From Syncephalis fuscata S228 (taxonomy: Eukaryota > Fungi > Zoopagomycota), in the NCBI GenBank assembly GCA_025786725.1, contig JAHLTZ010000002.1:558001-622000 (forward strand): 64,000 bases of DNA. The letters are read 5' to 3'. Below are positions 39,465 through 51,852 of this stretch, one piece after another (positions within the stretch are counted from its first letter, which is position 1; the number at the start of each line of letters is the position of its first letter). The notes under the pieces were generated by a model. The model did no database searches, was not told the DNA's origin, and saw nothing but the letters and a program-made list of their open reading frames with translations. A program made the position numbers and the translations under genes.

Positions 39465-40603
39465 AAGAATTGCGCTGCAGTTTTACTAGCGCTATTTATT
39501 GTTCTTTAGAACAAAGAAATAATAATAGCCTTTGCTCAACGCTCATTTGATTTTTTATGAAAATTCAATGCATGGCATCATGGAGCTGCATATATTGGCA
39601 TAAACAAGTATTTTTATTTTCTAAGTCGTTGCTGCATATTTATATTTCGATACTTTTATTCGTTCCAATGAAACACAGTAGTTTGTGTTAATAGTGAATT
39701 TACTACTATTATTGTCAATTTACAAAATATATATCATTTGGCTATTTTTACTATTTACAAGAAATAGTACTAAATGATTCTTAGTATTTCCTTCTGAATA
39801 TACAGATAACTACTGTATAATTAATTACTTTTATTACTAGAATAAACAACAATTACTTTCATATTCTTTCATAAATTAAGCGTTTATTAATGTTACTATA
39901 TTTCTACGGTAGTATTATAACTTTATTCTACTTTGACTCTCACATTTGACGTCCTTAAGCAAAATTTGTTCCAATTGAAGTCAATTGTAACAAAATGGCT
40001 ATAAAATGACAACTGTTACTGCTGCTATGCATAACAAAATACAACTATAATGCTTTCATTTGATTACTTTAAAATCCACAAGGCCGATCATTATTGCTGT
40101 TGACCATGCGTAGAAAGTTTGATCGAATATTAATAAAAGCCATTGATCGCGATTCCATATCGCTCCCCAGCTGTTATTGTTGTTACTGCATACAATGTGG
40201 TTTTTTGTGTCTGAATGGACTCTTCTATTTTTCAATCTTCTACTGTTGCATTTGGGCATATTTACGATGTAAAATACCCGTCTATGGTGACAAAAAGGTA
40301 GAATGACTAGCGTTTCTGATGTTCACCATTCTCTTGAGTATACTTGGTATCAACTTGGTAGGCGTAGTTTATTTGCCAACCATTGATAAAGCAAATGGCC
40401 TCCAACATATGCAATAATGATAGGTTAAGTGTCTTCGCCAGGAAGATCTTGTGACGACGGTTGTAACCAGAATATACGGCATGCTGTTGAGGCTACTTGA
40501 ACAGGTGTTGATGTAAAATAAGAGAAATAAAGACTAGGATTGAATAGTGTTTTTTATTAATGTCTGATCATCTCTTTTAAACGTCACCACTTTGCTCTCA
40601 ACT

Positions 40604-41964
40604 ATGGCAAATCCACTATTGCGACCATTCCGTCTTGCGCTTGTTCAGCTTGCTGTCACCTCGCATAAAACAGTTAATATTACTCAGGCACGCGCTCGTG
40701 TCTTTGAAGCTGCACGTAACGGTGCAAAAGTGGTGTGCTTACCTGAATGCTTTAACTGTCCATACGGAACACAACATTTCGGTGACTACGCGGAATCTAT
40801 CCCTGGAGAAACGTCGCAGGCCCTAAGTGACATTGCCAAAGTTGGTGTATAATATAAGCCAAACATACACGATTGCTGACTTGTAATAGGAAACTAACGT
40901 TTATCTGATAGGCGGTACTGCTGACAGCGCGATATTTCATGCCAATCACTAACATATTTTCTTTAGGCTCTATTCCAGAGCGTGACAGCACCGGCCACCT
41001 GTTCAACACTTCGGTTGTACATGGACCCGATGGTGTGTTTATCTTAGTGTTTGCTTAATTAGTATTAAATCAGTATACTAGGAAACCGGTTGGCCGTGCA
41101 TCGTAAAGTTCATCTTTTCGATATTGATGTACCCGGCAAAATAAGATTCCAGGCAAGTACTGTTATGATAAATAAATTAACTATACAGCTAACGTCAACA
41201 TATTCAGGAAAGTGAAGTGCTTAGTCCCGGTAACAGTGTCACTACATTTGATACTGGTAGGTGCCAATAAATAAAATAGCCCATTGTTTACTATCTCGAA
41301 GTAGAATACGGCAGAATAGGATTAGGAATTTGCTATGATATTCGATTTCCAGAGTTGGCTATGATTGCTGCACGTAAAGGTAGTTAATAAGGCTATGTCA
41401 TTTTTAGCATTAATAAATGGTATAGGTTGCATGGCAATGATATATCCTGGCGCTTTCAATAGGACAACGGGACCATTACACTGGGAGCTGCTGCAGCGTG
41501 CTCGGCAAGTATTCTGCGTTATACTAATCACATAGCTGCTAACCAGACTGCAACTGTAATTAGTGCCGTTGATAATCAGGTAATTAAGCTAATAATAACT
41601 TTCAAGTTTAGCGCTGACCAGTAATAAAGATTTATGTTGCAGCTTGCTCGCCTGCACGGGATGAGAATGCCGGTTATGTAGCTTGGGGACATTCAACTGT
41701 CGTGGATCCTAAGTAAGAAAATGTTTTTTAATATAAACGTGTAACTAATTAAATGTTAAGCGGCATTGTTGTTGCCACTACCGAGCATAACGAGGCCATC
41801 GTCTATGCTGACCTCAGTAAGTGAACATGCTAAGCATTACTGGGTTGCTCATTATGGAACAAATAGATCCTGAAGCAGTGCAAATAGTCCGTGATTCGAT
41901 TCCTGTTACGCAGCAGCGTCGGTTTGATGTGTATCCCAATGTTGCTGAAGGAATTGAACAATAG
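40604..41964 (+). CDS. NIT3: Omega-amidase (carbon-nitrogen hydrolase; yeast Nit3/human NIT2-like), about ten exons
   Basis: [10 protein letters not shown] (catalytic E), [14 protein letters not shown] (K), [10 protein letters not shown] (C), [41 protein letters not shown]. Confidence 0.92.
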
Positions 41965-42307
41965 AATTAGCTGTGGCCAGCTAACAGTAAATAAAACTAG
42001 AGTTTCTAGTCAGAACAAAAGCAATTGTTTCTATTGAAAGATGCGCACAGATTCAGCATAGTTAATGCATGTTTATTCAATGTAATGATGGCGCGATGTA
42101 GGGGCCAGAACCTGATGAGACATGAATAAAACTATTCAAGGGGCCATCAATATTGTTTGCTGTATATCTGCAGGGGCTATAGTGCTCATTTTGGCCAGGA
42201 GTTTGTGCCTGCATTGTTTTTGTGAATATTTAAACCGCCTAAACTAGTGTCTAATTTACCGTGTATTACTCGTCATTTTTACATCGATTATCTAAGCTAT
42301 ATTTGCA

Positions 42308-42815
42308 ATGTACTCACTTAAAGCTATCATCGCCATCGTTGCTATGGCATCTCTAGCCATAACTGTGGACTCTGTGCCAGTGCCACAACTGCCATCGTTA
42401 AGCAGTCTCAATCTTGGAGGATCTAACAACAGCAACAACAGCGGACTTAACGGCCTGCCATTAGGCCAGGTTTCGGGACTTGTGAGCGGACTACTAGGCA
42501 AAAAAGATGTTGCATCCAATGGCCAACCACGTCGTATTGCAGCCAATAGATCCCAATCGGTGCCGCAAGTCAATCAGATGGCAGGTAAAGTACGTAATCG
42601 ATATAGCTGATAAAATTGCTATGTAATATACGTCTTTGGCTAATTAAAACTAAAAACTGTTAGATGCCAGAGAGCAACAAGGCACGCCGAATGAAGCTAG
42701 TAGTAAGCAAGGCTTAAAACCGGTAGACGCTAATACATTAGCAACGTTTGCTGCTTTAAATGCCATTCAAAATCGTCCGCACTGCAGCCACCAAATACGC
42801 TTCTTACTGGTTTAA
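42308..42815 (+). CDS. Small secreted protein, two exons (intron ~42585-42663)
   Basis: Signal peptide MYSLKAIIAIVAMASLAITVDS-VPVP; G/L/N-rich segment; in-phase GTAAAG..TTAG intron to a stop at 42813-42815. Confidence 0.72.
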
Positions 42816-43392
42816 CTCATTAAATAAATTGTAGTTACTATAATATATAAAATTGTAATGCTCTCTTGTAATAATAATGGTAGTAATGATAACAGTACAT
42901 AACTTATAATAATTGTTTATTATAATTAATATTATAAAAATAAATATATTCCTGCTTAAACGATTCAATGTTTATAAATATGCTTGATTAGTACGTGGTG
43001 AAAATGCACAATAATCTAACAGAGTAGATATACTGAAACAACGATATATCGTAAAGATAAATTGCTATTTGGTTTATTCAATTGTATTAAGGGATTATGT
43101 CTGTGCCCCCTTGTAGATTCACTATTATCTAGGGGCTTACTGGGGCCAATAATTTATAGTACAGGAGCAACTAAGTTTGCTGCATGCGTCTGGCTGTTTA
43201 TTTGAATCGACGGCAAAAAGGATACGTGCATAAGGGGTGTTTTAAGGAGAGCTATGCGTAATTAGTATTTGAGAACTTTTAGGCATATAAACGGTGGCTA
43301 TCTGTATTCTTAGCAGCTAATTAATGTTAGTCAATTGTCTACAAATACAATAACTTAGCTATTTATCATCAGATTATTATTCTATATTTACA

Positions 43393-44268
43393 ATGAAGGC
43401 GTCAATTGCTGCTGCTTTATTTCTTGCATCGACTGCATATGCAGCGCCACTACTTACTGGCAACCTTTTAAATGCCGACCGAACTGATCGGGGCCTAGTA
43501 GGCAGTTTGAATCGTGTTGGTAGAATTCTTACCGGTTCTCGCTACACACCACAAGCATGGAACTTGCCGGAGCGTCAAGCAAGCGTCAAGCAAGCTGAGC
43601 AACCAAAAGAGGCCACTGGTCTTGCTCGTGATTTTGAACAACTTAAACAAATTGAAACACTTCAAGAGCTTAGCGAGAAGCGTGCCAAGGAAGAAGCTTT
43701 CCCTGGAGCTCGTGCTTTGCCAAAAGAAAAGTTTGAACCATACCCAAGCGCCAATGGGATAGTAGAACGTCTACTTCGTCGTGGTGACTATGGCAGCTAT
43801 GGCGATCATGATGATGAAGGTAACGATAGTGGTGACGACGAAGGTGAGGATGATTATGACAACAAAAAAGATTGCGACAATAACGGCGAAGAAGGCGAGA
43901 ATGATGATGATGATGAAGGACACAAGAGTTACAATGCCGGAGGTCACGGTAACGATGAAGGCGAAGATGACGATAACGATGATGGTCATGGTTCCAAAGG
44001 TTATAACGCTGGCGGCAATGAAGGAGAAGATGATTATGACGAAGGACACAAGAGCTACAATGCCGGTGGCCACGGTGGCGATGAAGGCGAGGATGATCAC
44101 GACAAAAAACACAAGAGTTACGATGCCGGTGGCCACGGCGGCCACAATGGTGAAGAAGGCGAAGATGACGACAACGATGACAGCCACAGTTGCTCATATG
44201 GCAAAGTCTGGAAGCATGGTAAATGTGTCAAGCCAGGCAAAGGACACAAAACATACCGTGCTTATTAG
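43393..44268 (+). CDS. Secreted acidic Gly/His/Tyr repeat protein (291 aa)
   Basis: Signal peptide MKASIAAALFLASTAYA-AP; LLRR dibasic site; about four HKSY[ND]AGG..EGEDD repeats; C-terminal CSYGKVWKHGKC. Confidence 0.88.
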   Translation: MKASIAAALFLASTAYAAPLLTGNLLNADRTDRGLVGSLNRVGRILTGSRYTPQAWNLPERQASVKQAEQPKEATGLARDFEQLKQIETLQELSEKRAKEEAFPGARALPKEKFEPYPSANGIVERLLRRGDYGSYGDHDDEGNDSGDDEGEDDYDNKKDCDNNGEEGENDDDDEGHKSYNAGGHGNDEGEDDDNDDGHGSKGYNAGGNEGEDDYDEGHKSYNAGGHGGDEGEDDHDKKHKSYDAGGHGGHNGEEGEDDDNDDSHSCSYGKVWKHGKCVKPGKGHKTYRAY

Positions 44269-45267
44269 GCAATAGGACTATGGTCATTCCGTCCATAAAT
44301 ATACGGCTACGGATTTACTATATGTTGATTGATTGATTTTTATACTAAAATTTACACTTTATAAAGTTTTAAATTACAAATTACTTGTTTTGGCAGTTAT
44401 ATCAAAATGTGTTTATTGTAAAATCATATTGCACTTTATTAAATGTATTACCTGATTAATTTCCTTTTTAGTAAATTGTCAATAAGTGATTACAAAATGC
44501 ACACACTTTGTGCTGCGGTCGCACACAATTATTATTCTATACTCCTTCTATTGATCCATGTGTTGTAGGTGTATATACAACTAGATATCGGCTAGTACAG
44601 GGGCGTGTTATTACTGTCGATTGCCTCCAGCCATATACGTAGTAGCGTGTGCAAAGGAGCAGCTTTGGCCAGTGCTAGTAAGTAGTAAAGGGGCTGCTTA
44701 CGTTGTCTTTACCCATTTACCCGTGCCATCGGCGAAGATATGCACTAGCCGTACTCCTGGCCTCCTTCCTTCGAGTACGTATACCAACTATCTCCTTAAA
44801 CAGCCAAAGTGGACTTGCCACGCCTTTCTTCCTTTCTATTTCCCCTTAATCACTGTGCTAGCCCCTGATAATTATAATGATAGCGCTACTGTCGCTTAGA
44901 GTATTCTGCCAATTACTGCAGGGTGGCTGTGCTTTTATTATATATGTTATATAGTCGAGATGGACACTGCCATTGACAATACTGGCCATTGCGTCTTACT
45001 CGGTCAACACTTACATTTTGCCACTTATTGGACCTACGGCTTGCATAGTTATCAATTGCCGCTTAGGTATTGCAAACGCTTTTCGTTTTATTCATTCATC
45101 AAGATACATTTGGGTAGGTAGCGTTTTTAAAGAGCAACTGCATTTCAACTGTGCATTGCTATTTTGTTCAAGTGTTATTTACGTATACTCAGTAGAATTT
45201 TCGTTAGTCTGTGGTATTCCACTCCTTATATCTTAAATTCAAATTATTACTCTTTATTTAGTTCAAA

Positions 45268-48200
45268 ATGAAAGCCACCATGCTACAGCTGGTGGCTGTT
45301 ACGCTCCTCGCATCGGGGGCGCTAACGGCACCTCTAGACGGCCCAGGCCATCATGGAACACATAGCAAAATGCCAGCTATGGGCCGTAATGGCCTAATGA
45401 AATCAAGCATCACATACAAAATCTGCCTCACTACAGTACATGTGCATGTTGCTGCCAAAGCTAAGATGCAGCCTGAGATGATGAGCACGCTGATGCGCCG
45501 TAGCTATGACAGTGGCTCTTATGGCAAACCAGCTAAATCTTATGGAGCCTACAATGCCGACAAGAAACATAAAAAATATAACGTAAAGCCATCTCATAAA
45601 AAGGCACCAGTAAAGCATCGCCATAATAAGCCACATCATGGCAATGGACATAAGCATACGCATCCTCATCCACACCCAGTTGGAGAAGGTGGCCATGAAG
45701 ATTGCGGTGGTCATCATGAAACCTCACCAGGCCATTCCTATACTCCAGTACCAGCGCCAGCTCCAAGCTATGAGCCAGTGGATGACCAGCAACCAGAAGC
45801 TGGTGACGACTCTGACTGCGAATCTGACTGCGAAAGTGGCTCAGACAACGAGGAATCACACAATGACACTGATGATTATTCTGAAGATGATTATGGTAGT
45901 GATGAAGATAACAGTGATGAAGAAAACAATAGCAACGATGAAGGTGATGAGGACTCTGATGAAGGCAGCAGCTATGGCAGTGACAATGATGCTGTCGATA
46001 ATACTGAAGGTGGCAATGGCGACAATGAATCCAACTATGATTCCGATAATAGCTGCCACCACCACAAAGATGATGAAAGCGAGCAAGAGGAAGACTACAA
46101 TCTTAACTGCTCAGAAGGTGAAATGGATTTCGAAGGCAACTGCATGCCCAACACGAACTATAAACCACCTACAGTTGTGAAATTCGTAGTTAATCCAGTG
46201 CCAGTTACTGATGTACAGTCACACATAACAGAATCAATTCCAGTGCAACAAAAAACTCAGGTAAATCGTTTATTCAGCCGCAGCCAGTTCAGCCACAGGT
46301 TGTAAATCCAATCCCCGAAACGAATCCGGTCCCAGTAGAGCAGCCACAGCTTGTCTCCATGCCAGCTCCAGTCCAGCCAGTAGTTAAAGACTTTCGCCCA
46401 GCTCCGGCTCAAAAGATTGCTACTACGCCATCTACTCCAGTAGACGTTGCACAAAAGTACCCGGTTATTAATACAAACGTGATTAAAACAAGCTACTCCA
46501 ACGATAATGACGATTGTGATGAAGAATCTGAGCGTAAGTGTGACACTAGATTATTTATTATTTATTAACAGCTATAATAGGGCCCGTGCCAAAGCCGGCT
46601 CCGGCTCCAACCTATCCGGCTCCAGCCCCAGCTCCACCATCATACGAAGGCGATAACGAAGAAGAAAAGGACGAATCATCAGACAATTGTGAAGATAACC
46701 ACGATCACGACACTCCAGCACCTACTCCGGCTCCGGCTCCTGTATATCCACCAGCCGGTTCATGTGAAGAATGCGAAGATGAGGATACTTCATCCTATCC
46801 GGCTCCGGCTCCGGCTCCAGCTCCTGGTGGCTATGATACTAATTCGGCCACCGTGCCAGTGCCTACCAAATACCTTGAACAAATGCCCAAACATGCTTCA
46901 AAGGTAGTTAATCGTCCAGATGTTGTACCAGTTTACGAAACAACAGAAACCGTAGTGCATACCAATGAATCACCATACAAATTTTCGCCTCAAGTGGATT
47001 CTTATGAAACGACGCCACACAACGTCAAGGAGGCAGCCTATGTTAAGCCGGTGGTAGATAGCTACAGACCATCAACTGATAGCCATGCTGAAAAAGATAG
47101 CTATGATATGCCACAGGAAGAAAGCTCATACCGCACTACGACGCCTTCAGTAAAGGAGTCGATGCCAATGCCAGAGTCTACCTGTGAAGGTCAAAACTGC
47201 TATAATAGCTTGCCGGCTGAAGACCAGTCACCCTATCATCCGGACTCTACCAAGCTAGTGACGGAGGAAAACAGCAAGGCGCACAACTCTGTTCCTTCTT
47301 CCTACAATGCTGAAAAGCCGCACTACTCGAAAGCAGCCGTAAAGCCATATGGCGGTGAAGGCGACAGCGATAAAAAGACGCCTGCTCCTTACGATGTCGA
47401 AAAGGAACAGCCATATCGCACATCGCCTTCAGCTCCATCCACCGGTGGCTATGGTGACGATGAATCCAATAACTCGGATAGCAAGCCAGCTCCGTCACAC
47501 AACAGCGGCAGTGACGACAACAATGAGAAACCATACAATAGCGGCAGTGGTAGCAATGACGATAAGCCATACAATGCTGGCAATGGCGACGAAGGTGAAA
47601 AGCCAAACGAAGAGTCGTCCTATAACACCTCTCCTAAGCCATCACCACCGTCCAATGAAGGAGAGAAGAACTGTGAAGATAACAACGGCGGCTCAGGTAC
47701 ACCATCCAAGCCCGGTAAGAGCTATGACAGTGGTGAAAAGCCGGACAAGACCTATTCAACTGGCGATGATAACGATAACGAGTCCGAAAATAACGGCAAT
47801 GATGATTATGAAAATAGCAAGTCTTATGATGCCGGCAACAATGAAGGTGAAGACCAAGATGAGAAGCCATCCAAGTCATATGATGCTGGCAACAATGAAG
47901 GTGAAGACCAAGATGAGAAGCCATCCAAGTCATATGATGCTGGCAACAATGAAGGTGAAGACCAAGATGAAAAGCCATCCAAGTCATATGATGCTGGCAA
48001 CAATGAAGGTGAAGACCAAGATGAGAAGCCATCCAAGTCATATGATGCTGGCAACAATGAAGGTGAAGACCAAGATGAGAAGCCATCCAAGTCATATGAT
48101 GCTGGCAACAATGAAGGTGAAGACCAAGATGAGAAGCCATCCAAGTCATATGGCGACTATGCAACTGGTAACGATGATAAAGAAAGCGACTCTGACGACA

Positions 48201-48676
48201 AACCGTATGACTATAATGATACGGATAAGAGTCCATCACACGGCCACAAGTCCTATAATGCTGGAAATGGCGACGAAGAAAGTGAGGACTCTGAGAAGTC
48301 TTACTACAATTCATCTAAACACGGCAGCGATGAAGGCGAAGATGATTATAATAATAGCAAACCACATCACAGCTCATCTGGCGGCGATGAAGATGAAGAA
48401 GGCGGCAAATCCTTCTATGATGGAGACAAATCATTTGGTGAGACTGAAGGCGAATATGGCGCGACAGATCCTTATCGCGATGCTTACGACTATAATGGCA
48501 CTGGTGGTACTCAAGATGCCAGTGACTTTTACGCACCGGGCGGTGGTGCCTTGGTTAAAGAAGATGACTTCTATGCACCATCTGGTGGCAAATACGGCAT
48601 GGAAGCCGAGCACACACCCGACTTTTACATGCCAAGTGGTGGCGAATCGATGCCATACGGCGACAACGACTACTAA
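45268..48676 (+). CDS. Large secreted acidic low-complexity repeat protein (~1100 aa; intron ~46533-46580; apparent frameshifts at ~46255-46350)
   Basis: Signal peptide MKATMLQLVAVTLLASGALTA-P; LMRR site; His/Lys-rich, D/E/S-rich, PAPAP and SKSYDAGNNEGEDQDEKP repeats; the composition is continuous across the ORF pieces. Confidence 0.8.
47819..48152 (+). repeat. 54-bp coding tandem repeat, ~6.2 near-identical copies (KSYDAGNNEGEDQDEKPS)
   Basis: Unit AAGTCATATGATGCTGGCAACAATGAAGGTGAAGACCAAGATGAGAAGCCATCC read directly. Confidence 0.95.
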
Positions 48677-48990
48677 GCCGCCTTTCTTTCAACTCAAACA
48701 ATATCAATCGGCCATATATTTCTTCAATAATTATACTTGAATTTCCATGGGCCAAAAAGATTATTGTTTTGTTGGTGCTTATTTTATTCTGATATATAAT
48801 CGCAAATAATAAACTATTCCTTAACAGCATTCGTAGCTACTATCCTATTAAAAGAATGTTTGCAACACCAAGACTTTAAATGTGTATTTAATTTTGTATA
48901 TTGAATAAATTGCTTTTTATTATTAACTCGTTATAATTTGGTGCCAAATGACTTTTTTTTAATAACATTCGCGCAATTGCACTGCACATT

Positions 48991-49907
48991 CAATCTATTG
49001 AACATGGGGACAAGTGGTGAGTTTGATTTATCATCACATCATCACATTTATTGTTTATTGGTGGCTAAATGACTAACATTTAATAACATCCAACCTATTG
49101 AACATGATGATGGGTGGTGAGTGATATTGATCATCAAATACTCGTCATCATAGATTCGTTATCCAGTATGCATATAACCGCCATTTACTTACATCATTCC
49201 CATTCTGCTCCACACTAATATGTATCATTCTACGATACACTAGACGTATTTTATCTATTATATATTTCAATATACTTTACTCATTTCACCCATTACTTAT
49301 ATGCACTATAATTTTAATAATAATTTATATGCTTTCTCACCATACATTTGTTATTTTGTATATCAATCTATACTCACTTGGCCTTCCTCTATCCAAACTA
49401 TTTTTGTTTTTGTTCCAGCTTTACTATTAATAAATGTCGATTAATTTCGCTCATTGATCATGCATATATGCTCATTAACTTTGACATAGCTAATCATTAC
49501 TCAATATTGTATATCATTTTATTGTCTAGTAAATACGTGCTGTTTATTACAGTTGTCCTTTTGGTTCTAGCTTCATTAGTAATAAATCTCGGCTCATTCA
49601 CTTCATTCATTTAACAAGCTATATGTAATTGAAACCATAACAATATGGCGTATTCAGTATATCATAGAATGATATATAATAGTATAGACATATATTGTTA
49701 ACAATATAGATGTATACTGGATATATGCATACTGGATAGTGAATCTATGATTATAAGTATTTTAAACTTTAATGTCGCTCACTACCCATCATCATGTTCA
49801 ATAGATTGAATATTATTAAAATAGCCATTTGACAAATAAACAAACAATAAATGTAATGATGTGATGATTAAATAAAACTCACCACCTGTTTCCATGTTAA
49901 ATACATT
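48991..49907. mobile_element. Non-autonomous MITE/foldback-like element, copy B, with ~185-bp compound terminal inverted repeats; opposite orientation to copy A
   Basis: Left CAATCTATTGAACATGGGGACAAGTGGTGAGTTT..ATCCAGTATGCATATA versus right TATATGCATACTGGAT..AAACTCACCACCTGTTTCCATGTTAAATACATT; the interior is a reverse-complement match to ~23700-23990. Confidence 0.82.
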
Positions 49908-50053
49908 TTATCTGCCAATCTATATACAATAAATCAATTTTCATTACTATCGTTTTAATGAAATATATCAAGACAATAGAAACGCGTATGCGATGCAGAC
50001 AAAGCAAGTGAACATAGAATATGTGCGCGTGTAAGAAGAAGCAGTGACAATAT

Positions 50054-51166
50054 TTAAATAGCTACTTGGGTCAACTCATGCATGTAAGTGCCCAACAACT
50101 TGATGCCTTCGATAAAGTTGCGGCGATCGAGCTTTTCGTTGATCGAGTGAGCACCATCATCACATGCGCCCATAGGCAACAAAAGTACATTCTTTTGAAG
50201 TGCATCCTGGAAAGTTAGCGTCACAGGGATAGATCCACCCTCACGAGTCAGATCTGGCTTAAGACCAAATACGCGCTCGACAGCACGGGCGCCGGCCACA
50301 AAGTTTGGATGGTTTGGCGAGCTAAGCCACCATTTGCCATCGTGTAGACAGCTCACCTCAAGCTGGTTGCGACTACCAAGCTTGTTGAATTCATCTTTAA
50401 CATATTGCTTCACCAGCTCTGTAATACGCGCCGGGTTCTGGTTGGGCACGGTACGAATACTGAATTTACCAATGACCTGTGCAGGAATGACGGTCTTTGC
50501 ACCTGGTGCATGGAATGCACCCTCAATGCCATGCAGAGAAAGTGAAGGGAAGCGCCAGCGCTGCATTAGAGTACGCTCAACATCTTCGTGAATGTTACAT
50601 TCAGAGCCAGCAGCACCTCGGAACTCATCCATTGAAAACTCCAATCCTTTGTAGGTTTCACGCTCCTCATCTGTTAGTATCATCGTTGGTAATGATATAT
50701 CAGATGCCCAGCTCGTATAACTATGTTGCTGTTATCACTGTACTTACCAGTCACAGGAAGTACATCATCACTGATGCCTGGAATGCGAATGGTGCCATCA
50801 GGCTTTACGAGTTGGGCCATGACATGAACCAAATCGGTCATTGGCTCGTGTACTGTGCCGCCAAATACGCCCGAGTGCAAATCTTGACCAGGCCCTTTGA
50901 TGACAATTCGATAGTAGGAAACACCACGTAGACCATAAGTTAGGCAAGGCTTTGTTTTACCAAGCCAGTCTAATAGCCATGTCAAAAAACATGATTATTG
51001 CAAAATATAGCTAATTAGTATAATTATTTTAATAAATGATTTTAACTTACAGTTGTCGCTAATGCAGACAACATCAACATCTTTGAAATAGCCACTGGCC
51101 TCTTGTTCAATTACATCGTCCAAACCTTCGCTGCCGCTTTCTTCCATGCCTATGTTATTTCAAAAA

Positions 51167-51210
<44 letters not shown>

Positions 51211-51852
51211 GTCTAGTGGTTAAAATGACTATACAATACTTACCTTCAAAGCAAACTTGACATTGACAGGCAAGTCAATACCGAGATCCTTATGAGCCTG
51301 GATAGCACACAGCCAGCCTAGAACTGGGCCCTTGTCGTCAGTACTGCCACGGCCAAACATACGGCCTTGATTATCTTCTGTCAGTTGCCATGGATCGGTA
51401 TTCCAGCCATCATCCTTTAAAGCTGGCTGTACATCGTAATGGCCGTAGACGAGCAAAGTCTTTTTTGCTGGATCCGTGCCATAGGTACCAAGTACGACTG
51501 GTGGCAGATCAATTGTTTGTCCTTCAAGGACTTGAGTTCCTGGTTCAACTCGTTTAGTACTATTCCGTACATAATCAACAGGGTTAGAGAGTGCGTAATT
51601 AAAAGTAACAGCATAGCTTCTTACCTGGCTCCTAGCTTTTCTAGCTCATTAATAAGCCATTCGCCCATACGAACAACATCCTTGCGGCGCTCCAAGTCGC
51701 AGCTTACACTACAAGCAATAGACAAAGGTATTTAGCGCCTCATTTCAGTTAATACTGTTTGCTTACCTTGGGATGGCAACAATCTCGCGTAGACGTTGTA
51801 CATAGTCGTCTTGTTGTTTGTCGACGTGCTCAAAGAATTTTTCCACGCTCAT
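50054..51852 (-). CDS. DUG1: Cys-Gly metallodipeptidase DUG1 / CNDP2 (M20A); apparent 1-nt deletion near 51252
   Basis: [92 protein letters not shown]. Confidence 0.95.
51167..51210. repeat. (TTA)n microsatellite in a DUG1 intron
   Basis: Directly visible, about 14 units with one interruption. Confidence 0.9.

Larger units (their letters stand above)
42100..44866. promoter_or_regulatory. Clustered AGGGG/CCCCT (STRE-like) motifs in the three intergenic promoters of the secreted-protein cluster
   Basis: Motif starts at 42100, 42139, 42172; 43107, 43131, 43233; 44599, 44689, 44842, 44862, in otherwise AT-rich DNA. Function is inferred. Confidence 0.6.

Noticed and set aside
40040-40490. Coding-like stretch between UGT2 and the omega-amidase
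   Set aside because: Several short frames on both strands with hydrophobic pieces, but no consistent splice model or recognisable family; needs blastx.
47819-48152. CRISPR-like array
   Set aside because: Contiguous 54-bp in-frame tandem units with no unique spacers, inside a eukaryotic CDS.
43393-48676. Fungal RiPP or KEX2-processed repeat precursor interpretation
   Set aside because: The repeat units are not separated by KR/RR sites, and no DUF3328, tyrosinase or prolyl oligopeptidase gene is visible nearby.
43514-48740. Long alternative-frame and antisense ORFs (for example 47349-48740 +, 47634-48314 -, 43670-44197 -)
   Set aside because: Shadows of the repetitive GAT/GAC/GAA-rich coding frame; Met/Thr- or His/Cys-rich translations without independent support.
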